From a virus, in IMG/VR virus record IMGVR_UViG_3300037515_000188, positions 32,001 through 96,000 of that record: 64,000 bases of DNA; one strand, 5' to 3'. Each line of letters opens with the position of its first letter. Positions within the stretch are counted from its first letter, which is position 1. Under the pieces are notes generated by a model. It had not been told where the DNA came from, searched no databases, and saw only the letters and a list, made by a program, of their open reading frames with translations. Shown one piece after another: positions 48,586-57,040 of this stretch. The position numbers were made by a program, and so were the translations under genes.

Positions 48586-49812
48586 TTAACCAGATATAGT
48601 TGGTGTTATAGTTGGTGTTATAGTTGGTGTTATAGTTGGTGTTATAGTTGGTGTTGCTGTAACGGTTGGAGTCACAGTTGTAGTCTGAGTTATTGTTGGC
48701 GTTACCGTAATAGTTGGAGTTACCGTAATAGTTGGAGTAACTGTTGGAGTTACTGTTAATGTTACAGTTGGAGTAGATGTTATAGTTGGAGTAATTGTAC
48801 TCGTTGGTGTTACAGTAGCAGTAGGAGTTACTTCTGGTGTTACTGTTGGTGTTATGGTTGGGGGTGGTTCAATGTTACTTAATACATAAATTTTTTCCTG
48901 TATATTAATTAATATTATTTGGGGTGATATAATTTTAGCAATTATTTGAGAACTTACCTCATTAGAAATTATTGGAGTCAATTCACCATTCAATCCAACA
49001 AATAAATTTTTATTTACATTTTCACTCCAATTCCAATCATTTCTATTTTCTAAAAACCCAGAAGTTATTATATTAACCTTTTCACCAATTAAATATGTTT
49101 TATCCGTTAATCCAATAATTGGTTTTTCATTATTATAAGAACCATGATAAATTAACCCATCATCTTCAATAATAATACATTTATGTTTTTCTAGATTTTC
49201 TCCAGCAAATACATTTAATTGTAATCTATTAAAACCAATATTATGTACATTTGAATTTATGTTATCTAATGATTTTCCATCTATAGAAAAATATTTAAAA
49301 TTTCCATCATAACTAAAAACAGGATTATCATTTCTGTCAAATAATATACTTCCAGCTTTTCTCTTACCTCGTAGATTAACTTGAGATACTAATCCATATT
49401 CATTTAAAATTCCATTTTGTAATTTTGCTGCAAATAATCTTATTGTCTCAACCCATTTTGATCCATTATAAATTTTCATCTTATTAACTGTTCTATCAAA
49501 AAAATGATCATTTATTTCTGGTGATAACGGTAATGTATCACCATATATAAATGAATTAGTTGTTCCATATAATAAATTTCCAGTATTTTGATCAATTTCC
49601 CAATATAACAAAATATTTTCATTTATATCAGAAAGTATCCACGCATTTTCTACATCATCATTTATCTCATGTATATAATCTCTTGGTCCATGCGCAAATG
49701 TTAATATTATTGATATTATACTTCCACGTATAGAAACATTATTATTATCAATATATAACATTGATGGTAATATTGGTTTTGAAATTATTCCTTGTCTATA
49801 ATTAATAATCAT
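48586..49812 (-). CDS. Virion structural protein with Thr-Pro tail; paralogue of 57041 N-terminus
   Basis: Shared QGI..HG..Y..AW..LYW..TG..YG..LP..HFF..NKMK..W..IR.FA. Confidence 0.7.
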   Translation of the reverse strand: MIINYRQGIISKPILPSMLYIDNNNVSIRGSIISIILTFAHGPRDYIHEINDDVENAWILSDINENILLYWEIDQNTGNLLYGTTNSFIYGDTLPLSPEINDHFFDRTVNKMKIYNGSKWVETIRLFAAKLQNGILNEYGLVSQVNLRGKRKAGSILFDRNDNPVFSYDGNFKYFSIDGKSLDNINSNVHNIGFNRLQLNVFAGENLEKHKCIIIEDDGLIYHGSYNNEKPIIGLTDKTYLIGEKVNIITSGFLENRNDWNWSENVNKNLFVGLNGELTPIISNEVSSQIIAKIISPQIILINIQEKIYVLSNIEPPPTITPTVTPEVTPTATVTPTSTITPTITSTPTVTLTVTPTVTPTITVTPTITVTPTITQTTTVTPTVTATPTITPTITPTITPTITPTISG

Positions 49813-49821
49813 TTTATATAT

Positions 49822-51282
49822 TTAGCCTGATAAAGTAGGAGTTATAGTTGGTGTTAATGATATAGTTGGTGCAAGAGTTGGATCAGGAGTAACGGTATTC
49901 GTCGGAGTTGGAGTTAATGTTGGATTGGGCGTTACGGTAACAGTTGGAGTTATATTCGGAGTAGCTGTCAATGTAGGAGTTATTGTCGGGGTTACTGTTG
50001 GTGTAGGAGTTAATGTTGGATTCGGTGTAACTGTTTGTGTACTAGTAAATGTAGGAGTAACTGTAGGAGATGCCCCTGTACTTGGAGTAATAGTCATGGT
50101 AGGAGTTAATGTCGGAGTAATAGTTGGGGTAATAGTAATTGTAGGAGTAATAGATATTGTTGGGGATATTGTTGGTGTCAATGATGCAATAGGGGTTGGC
50201 GATGGTATTGGTGCTGATATTACTGGAGTAACAGGAATAATATTTACTATAGTTTCTCCCAATGCATTTTTAATATCAGGATATGTATTTTCTCTATTTG
50301 TAGAATTTGTATGTATTTCATTATCTTTAAATGTAAAATATGAAAATTCTGTATTAATCATTTCTCCGACATCAACTAATTTATTCCTAATTTTATCCGC
50401 AGAAGAATATGGGTATTGTGATAATAAAATAAATAATCCTCTACTTGGTATGATTCTCCATATTTCATCCCCATAATCTATTCTTAAAATTTTAAAAATT
50501 GTTCCATTTGAAATATTATTTTCAGAAATAATAACATCACTAAATGTTCTTAAATTAGATAATTTTTTTGCTTTTAGATTATAATGTCTTCTATTTCTTA
50601 TTAATATACGGTTCCAATTAATCCATGCGGTTCCACCTATATCATCATCTAATTCTTCAAAACATATTATTGGCTCTTGATTTGGTTTTACAGTTTCCGT
50701 TTCTATTATTATAGTTTTATTTTTTGTATTAAATGGAGATTCTTGTTCTGGATTATCTGTTTTTATTATTAATTCAGGAACGGCAAATACAATATAATCC
50801 TCAAATGAAACTTGTATTGGATTATCTATTGGAGTTAATAATTTAGGTTTTTGTGGTATGGATGAACGAGCCAGACAATGCGCAACCCCCTCTATAGGGA
50901 CATCAAAACTTATAGTTATTTCATTTTTATCTATTATTGATATAGTATATTCATCTTGGTCTAATTCTATAAACGTGTTATCTATTTTTTTATAAACACT
51001 TATAGATGGAAATGATGATAGATTATGATATACTTTCCATTTTTTAGATGCTACTATTTGTTTATGTTCAAAAAATGATTTACGAGGAATATAATCTGTT
51101 AAACCTTCTTTTGGGGGAGGAAATGATTCTCGTATATTAATTGGGTCTCGACTTATTTTATATAAATTTCCTTTGCAACCATCTGTAATAATACATTTTG
51201 AAAATACTGTTAATCCAAAAATATTTTCTATTTTTCTTATTACTCTTTTACAAACATTACATTTATATGTTACTGTTGACAT
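49822..51282 (-). CDS. Virion structural protein with Thr-Pro tail
   Basis: YKC.VCKR..C.IT.GC.G N-terminus, W...HNL domain, TP tail ending LSG. Confidence 0.7.
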   Translation of the reverse strand: MSTVTYKCNVCKRVIRKIENIFGLTVFSKCIITDGCKGNLYKISRDPINIRESFPPPKEGLTDYIPRKSFFEHKQIVASKKWKVYHNLSSFPSISVYKKIDNTFIELDQDEYTISIIDKNEITISFDVPIEGVAHCLARSSIPQKPKLLTPIDNPIQVSFEDYIVFAVPELIIKTDNPEQESPFNTKNKTIIIETETVKPNQEPIICFEELDDDIGGTAWINWNRILIRNRRHYNLKAKKLSNLRTFSDVIISENNISNGTIFKILRIDYGDEIWRIIPSRGLFILLSQYPYSSADKIRNKLVDVGEMINTEFSYFTFKDNEIHTNSTNRENTYPDIKNALGETIVNIIPVTPVISAPIPSPTPIASLTPTISPTISITPTITITPTITPTLTPTMTITPSTGASPTVTPTFTSTQTVTPNPTLTPTPTVTPTITPTLTATPNITPTVTVTPNPTLTPTPTNTVTPDPTLAPTISLTPTITPTLSG

Positions 51283-51285
51283 TAA

Positions 51286-51325
51286 AAACCCCACCTGAAT
51301 ACATATATTTATACAGGTGGGGTTT
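51286..51325 (-). promoter_or_regulatory. Hairpin with internal TATAAATA late promoter over the RBS of 51282 (may also terminate)
   Basis: AAACCCCACCTG/CAGGTGGGGTTT. Confidence 0.6.
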
Positions 51326-51769
51326 ATATTAATTACTGATTATTATGATAAAGAATCAATAAGTTCTTTTGCTTTTTTAATTTCTTCCGCTGCCAAAATA
51401 GCCGGTCCTCGTTCGATATCATTAAGCAAATGTGCAAAATCAATTTGAGCATTATATAATGTCAAATTAGTATCTTGCGGTAATACAGATTTTAAAGTTT
51501 TTAAATCACGTAAAATATAAGTAACCGCACCTTTATTAGATTGCTTATATTTATTACATGCAACAGAAAATGCAGAGCGTAAAAATTTAACGCTATACGC
51601 AATTTGAGCCGCACTTAATGCTACTTCTTCTACTATATTATCATTTTCGAACATTTAATGTCTCCAAAAAACAACGAATTACCCATCGAATTCGCATCGA
51701 TGTAATTACCAAATTAGTAATTACGTTGACTAGTATATCAAAAAAATAAAATATTGTCAAGCTTTATAC

Positions 51770-52202
51770 CGGTGCTCATGTCGCCACCTTTACAACCACT
51801 ATCCCTGCCTCACGAGCGCGAGATGCGGCGCTGCTCGGTGGTGATCATAAATATGACAACTCGTTCCCGCAAACGGACGCCGACGCCTCGGCGCGACGGA
51901 GAATGTTTCGAGCCGCATTCACGTCTCGATCATGCGACTCACCACAGTTGCTGCAATCCCACTGTCTTACAATCAACCGATCCATTCAGTTAACGAACCA
52001 CATGAGGAACAGGTGACGCTGGTGTTTCTTTCATCAGTGACTTCAACAGACCTACCGGCGTACTCGCCCTTATACTGTAGCATCTATTTAAACATATTAT
52101 ACACGTATTTTGTCATTTGTCAAGCAATACATGATTAAATTGTTATTCACCGTTCATTCTACTGCTCGGTTTTACTACGCAACCACATTAACAGAGTTGA
52201 AA
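51770..52202 (-). mobile_element. Non-autonomous tnpB derivative with internal sigma70 promoter
   Basis: Both ends homologous to 36071..37292; only 3' ~310 nt of tnpB kept; TTGACA(52118-23)-16-TATAAT(52096-101). Confidence 0.85.
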
Positions 52203-52207
52203 CATCG

Positions 52208-53404
52208 CTATTTCCAATATTTTTTTATTCCGGGAATATTAATTTCATGTGGTCTAGGTGGACCATGAAAACATATTATTCTAGCATTTTCAGGTATATG
52301 CAATTCATTATGTCGATTTATACAATCTTTTTTATAAGAAACAATTTCACCATTATATAAATCTTGAATATAATCATAAGATTTTATTGATTTTTCAATA
52401 AATTCTTGATCACCATATAAATGATTTTTTATATTACTTTCACAGGATTCCATAAATTTTTCATAAATTTGGTATACTTTTGGATTATAATTTTTCCACA
52501 TCATAATACCACTTCCAAGCCCAAATTGATTATAAAAATTTCTAAGAGCTAAAAATTTCCCACTATATGAAAGTATATGATCTATATTTTTAATTATTAA
52601 AGTATCCAAATCCAAATAAAATATTTTATCGGTTCCAAATTTACCCGGTGAAAATAATTCAATTTTTCCCCACCATTTAGGAAAATTATGATCAAATGGA
52701 ATTATAGAATGTACATTTTTTGAATATCCTTCAAAATGATCTGTCATACATATAAATTTATAAGGTATATTCACATTTTCTTTTATACTATTGGCAATAT
52801 GATTTACATATGAAACATCATATACTCCACCAATTTTAAATACAGTAACAATAGAAAGACTTTCTTTATTATTATTATTTAAAATAGGTTTTTTATTATT
52901 TGGAAAACATTTAATAATTAAATTTACTTCATAATTATTATTAACTATAATTTGCCGAGCTTGTGTTATTTCATTAATATTTTCATTTATGAAATTTTTA
53001 ATTATTTTATTATTTCCGCTATTTGATTTTTTATCAAACATGGAAAAATAAATGGTCGCTCCAAATGACATTAATGGATATATTATTTTTAATATTTCGT
53101 CTATATTATAATTAGGATGAACGGTATCAATAAAAGCAAATGATATTTCTTTTATATTTAAATTATCAAAGTTATCTAACGATGGAATTATATTAAATTT
53201 ATATTCTTCTATTTTAGAATTTAAATCATTATTCCAATTATTATAAAATCCATATATTTTTTTATTATGTTTTTCAAATCCATTTATAAGAATTTTAAAT
53301 ATGGATAAATCATTTAATCCAAATTGTACAACATCTCCAGATATTTTTTGGATATCAACAATATAATTTTGTAGTTTTGGAACATTTAATTTTTTAACTT
53401 TCAT
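52208..53404 (-). CDS. Glycosyltransferase (GT-A, DxD) with N-terminal methyltransferase-like domain
   Basis: WWGKIELF, YLDLD, GDQEFI, ICFHGPPRP; N-terminal GDVVQFG..FAFID. Confidence 0.75.
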   Translation of the reverse strand: MKVKKLNVPKLQNYIVDIQKISGDVVQFGLNDLSIFKILINGFEKHNKKIYGFYNNWNNDLNSKIEEYKFNIIPSLDNFDNLNIKEISFAFIDTVHPNYNIDEILKIIYPLMSFGATIYFSMFDKKSNSGNNKIIKNFINENINEITQARQIIVNNNYEVNLIIKCFPNNKKPILNNNNKESLSIVTVFKIGGVYDVSYVNHIANSIKENVNIPYKFICMTDHFEGYSKNVHSIIPFDHNFPKWWGKIELFSPGKFGTDKIFYLDLDTLIIKNIDHILSYSGKFLALRNFYNQFGLGSGIMMWKNYNPKVYQIYEKFMESCESNIKNHLYGDQEFIEKSIKSYDYIQDLYNGEIVSYKKDCINRHNELHIPENARIICFHGPPRPHEINIPGIKKYWK

Positions 53405-54051
53405 AACATTAATTCTGAAATTATTTTTTTGGGGAAACATGGTATTGCACTGGTCTTAGAACAATTTATTATTTCCAGTGTGGGGTATAATTTTCTTACC
53501 TCTTTAGCTAAGGATATAATAGATGGTATAAATTGAGTTTTGTATATTTCAGGTTTTACAACTAAAATATGATTATTATGAAAATGAGTTTCTCCCCGTT
53601 TTTCTGGATTATCCCGCATATCAAATCCTATTAAGTATATTTTTTTGGGTTTAGTATTAACCACTAGATTTAATGCTTCTGTTCCACTATTATTTCCTCG
53701 CACATTATCAATAAGTGGATCATATCCATATTCTCCGGTGTTTAATAATACAGTGGCTCCACCGAATGTTTTAATATCATTTTTTATATGTCCTGATCCA
53801 TATGTTTTAGAGACAAATCTAAGGTCCGATTTATGATTTTTAAATTTATGATAATTTCTTGCAGCCCATGACTCATCACACCAAAATAATGCAGTAGCAT
53901 TTGGAAAACGATCAAATGCATCATTTATCGCAATTACATTTTTATCATATAAATAATCTATATTAATGGATTTAACACTATAACCACCGCCAATAATGAA
54001 TATATCTTGACCGAAAAATTTATTATATAATTCTTGTAAATGTAGTCTCAT
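53401..54051 (-). CDS. Maf/MptE-like Rossmann glycosyltransferase-like protein
   Basis: IIGGGYS, VIAIND, NSG..A, IYLIGFDM, INCS..S.I..FPK. Confidence 0.65.
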   Translation of the reverse strand: MRLHLQELYNKFFGQDIFIIGGGYSVKSINIDYLYDKNVIAINDAFDRFPNATALFWCDESWAARNYHKFKNHKSDLRFVSKTYGSGHIKNDIKTFGGATVLLNTGEYGYDPLIDNVRGNNSGTEALNLVVNTKPKKIYLIGFDMRDNPEKRGETHFHNNHILVVKPEIYKTQFIPSIISLAKEVRKLYPTLEIINCSKTSAIPCFPKKIISELML

Positions 54052-54092
54052 ATTGTTATCTCGTTATTAATATTATTTATGGAAATTTTTTA

Positions 54093-54590
54093 ATGATACT
54101 ACCAACGATAAAAAAGGAATGTTCAGATTTTTTAAATGAATCGAATGGTGAATATATTGTAAAAAATCTACCTAAAAATTATGACGGTTTTGCTAAGGTT
54201 AAAGTTAGATTGGGGAAAAAATCTACTAAATTTTCAAAAAATTTTAATACTGCATTTAGAGATAAAATGTCAAAACTATATCAACGGGCTATTTTTACAT
54301 ATACAGATATTTCTAAATTGGAATCTATAATTATAGAAGAACCATTTTTTATTTTTCCAATAAATGGATATAAATATATTTTTAATCCAGAAATTGAAGA
54401 TTCAAAAAAAGATTATAATGAATTAAATATAAATGACATTTTAATAGCAGAATTATTAGAACTCTCTTATCAAAATAATAATTTAAATGAGGCATTTAAT
54501 TATAAATGCGAAATAATTTTTTATAATATCTCATATTATTATGCAATTAGAGCAAGTATAGTGGAAGATTACAAATTATTTTTTAAATAA
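54093..54590 (+). CDS. Hypothetical phage protein
   Basis: 165-aa ORF. Confidence 0.6.
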   Translation: MILPTIKKECSDFLNESNGEYIVKNLPKNYDGFAKVKVRLGKKSTKFSKNFNTAFRDKMSKLYQRAIFTYTDISKLESIIIEEPFFIFPINGYKYIFNPEIEDSKKDYNELNINDILIAELLELSYQNNNLNEAFNYKCEIIFYNISYYYAIRASIVEDYKLFFK

Positions 54591-54640
54591 TTTTCAGTTT
54601 TAATTTTCATAAATATAATTAATAACTAATTAGGAATAAG

Positions 54641-55084
54641 ATGAAATTATCTGATATTATTAATTCATATAATTTAATAACTGAAATGCCTCGGAGTGAT
54701 ATTAAAGAGGCTACAATGATATTAAAACATATTTTTATGAAACATATGGGATTAATATTTGAATTTTCCGACCATGCTAAAGATCATTTATTAAGTGATT
54801 TTGATACTCAATATACTGAGAAAGGTAGAGAATCAGATATAACAAAGGAAGATATATATTATATTTTAAAAGAATTAATTAAACGATATAAAGATAATAT
54901 ATTAAATTACCAAAATAATAAAAAAGAATTTTTAGGTGTAATTATAAATAAATCTAATAATATTAATATTGTTTTTAAAATTGATTTCCAAAATAAGAAA
55001 AAACATAATATTATTAGAATAATCACTATTATGCGTAAAAAAGGTTTTGTATCTAAAGAAATAGATAGAGTATTTTATATTTAA
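54641..55084 (+). CDS. Late protein with MKLSDI leader, possible RelE/DUF4258-like fold
   Basis: FSDHAK..R..IT..DI..IITIM pattern; ATAAATA upstream. Confidence 0.4.
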   Translation: MKLSDIINSYNLITEMPRSDIKEATMILKHIFMKHMGLIFEFSDHAKDHLLSDFDTQYTEKGRESDITKEDIYYILKELIKRYKDNILNYQNNKKEFLGVIINKSNNINIVFKIDFQNKKKHNIIRIITIMRKKGFVSKEIDRVFYI

Positions 55085-55151
55085 TATTTCTATTCTTTCA
55101 TTTTTATATTTCCAATAAATATAAACATGATCTTTATTCATTGGAATTTAA

Positions 55152-56138
55152 ATGGCAAAAATTAGCACTTATTCATCAGCGGCCGCATTAACTGGTGCAG
55201 AATTATTAATTTCCGTTCAATCGGGTGGAAATGTAGTAATAACACCGTCAGAACTAAGTCAATTTGCGTTTAATCCAATATTAATAGAAGGAAATTATAC
55301 GGCAGCCCATAAGGATCGAGTGTTAGTCAATACCAGCACAATTGCAAGCATTATAACACTTCCAGCCACTCCAACAGATGGAAATTTTATAAGTGTGATC
55401 GATGCCGGTAATAATTCCAGTGTAAATAATATCACTATTGATAGAAATGGAAATAATATTGATGGATTGGCACAAGATGTAATTATTGATATAAATTCTG
55501 GGAGATGAGAATTTATCTGGGATGATGCAAATAGTACATGGGTTGGATCATATGTAACAGTCGGCGGATTAAATCAGACACAGGTCGATGCACGAGTGGT
55601 GGCGGTTGCGAGTGGTACGAAAACTCAATGGGTGCCAATAACTGAAATGCAACCCGGTGGGACTAGTATACCAGCCAATCAAGTAATGTACGGTAATGCA
55701 GGCTCTGCGGGGCAAATTGCTGGAAGAGCATTTGACCCATCAAGTGATGAAGTTATGTTGTTTTCTTGGGTTGTTCCGAAAAATTATTTATCGTCTAATG
55801 GGATATCTTTTATCCCATATTGGGCACCAACTACTACCAATATAAGTGGTGATGTACAGTGGGAAATCCGGTGTTTGAACCTCATTGATGGCGATGCTAT
55901 TGACCAAACTGTTCCGGGTGGTTCAATGATTTCTCAAGATACTCCTAATGGCACAGTAAATGATCTTCATATTGGACCAGAAACGACACCCAAAAAATAT
56001 TTAAACTCATTCATACCCGGATCGATAGTCGTGATGCGCGTACAGCGGAGGGCTGCAACACCAGATGATTATACTGGAGATGCGGCATTATTTGGTGTAG
56101 TATTGCTCTGGACAACCAATTCGCCAATTGAAGACTAA
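55152..56138 (+). pseudogene. Tail fibre/adhesin copy B with in-frame TGA at a Trp codon
   Basis: TGA 55506-55508 aligns with TGG in copy A and in the 60047 fragment; frame stays open to 56138. Confidence 0.8.
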
Positions 56139-56141
56139 TTT

Positions 56142-56921
56142 ATGACTAGACTTCTCTCAGACTTAGCAAATGTTGGCTCATCCGATGCCACTGCTCTACA
56201 ACATCATATAACGGCAGGAAAAACTGCTTATATTGTTAATGGTAAAGTATCAGGCACTTATGGACTATCTAATGGTCTATTGGTCGATCAACTTAATGTT
56301 ATTGATAACGCAATAGGAAATTTTAATCCTGATAGCGATGATAATTTAATTTTTTTGCATCCGTCTGCCGTTAATGCTGGTTCATCTATTGATTGGGATA
56401 GGGATGTTGACGGTTATGCATGGCATGATACGTTGAATCCAGCAATATTTATAGATATAACATCAATACCTGCACAACAAGCTAATGTGCGGAAATATGA
56501 ACTTTTCGGAAAATGGGTGGGAAGAAGTAACGATCATGGATTCAAATTATTCTTTAATGTCGCCAATCCAACAACCAACCATTGGTATATTTCAATTTTT
56601 TGGTTTGCATCTAATGGAACTTTTAGATTGGAGTTGCATGAAGTAACTAGTAGTATAGATACACTCAGAGCATCAGTGAATGAAAATGCCAGTATGGATG
56701 TACCGTGTCAATTTCACTTGATTGTCTATGATCAAGGTGATGATATCATTTGTCATTTTGGAATGTATGAAACTGACTCAATTATTGATCGAGAGGCAGT
56801 ATCTATCAACTATAATGCAGTAGGTCGTCCAAATAAAACAGCAACTGGTTTTCGTGTTACTCGTTTTGGAGCAACCGGTAGTGAAGGTCGTATTAGAGGA
56901 TGTCGAGTTACGGATTTATAA
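56142..56921 (+). CDS. Fibre-associated beta-rich protein
   Basis: DATA..I.AGKTAY.NG.V.GT motif. Confidence 0.6.
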   Translation: MTRLLSDLANVGSSDATALQHHITAGKTAYIVNGKVSGTYGLSNGLLVDQLNVIDNAIGNFNPDSDDNLIFLHPSAVNAGSSIDWDRDVDGYAWHDTLNPAIFIDITSIPAQQANVRKYELFGKWVGRSNDHGFKLFFNVANPTTNHWYISIFWFASNGTFRLELHEVTSSIDTLRASVNENASMDVPCQFHLIVYDQGDDIICHFGMYETDSIIDREAVSINYNAVGRPNKTATGFRVTRFGATGSEGRIRGCRVTDL

Positions 56922-57040
56922 CTAAATGATGTCTATAAAATATATTTATAATAGAATTCATAGATGAATTTCATTTACAATTACATTATTCGCATCTTCA
57001 ATTAAATAAATATTTTATAAATATTAGAAAGGATTAATAA

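Noticed and set aside
45468-50476. Plus-strand VGVT-repeat ORFs (45468, 46432, 49925)
   Set aside because: Antisense shadows of the Thr-Pro repeat genes
55506-55508. Genome-wide TGA=Trp recoding
   Set aside because: Many genes end at TGA with ATGA coupling and other genes are intact under code 11; this is a single case
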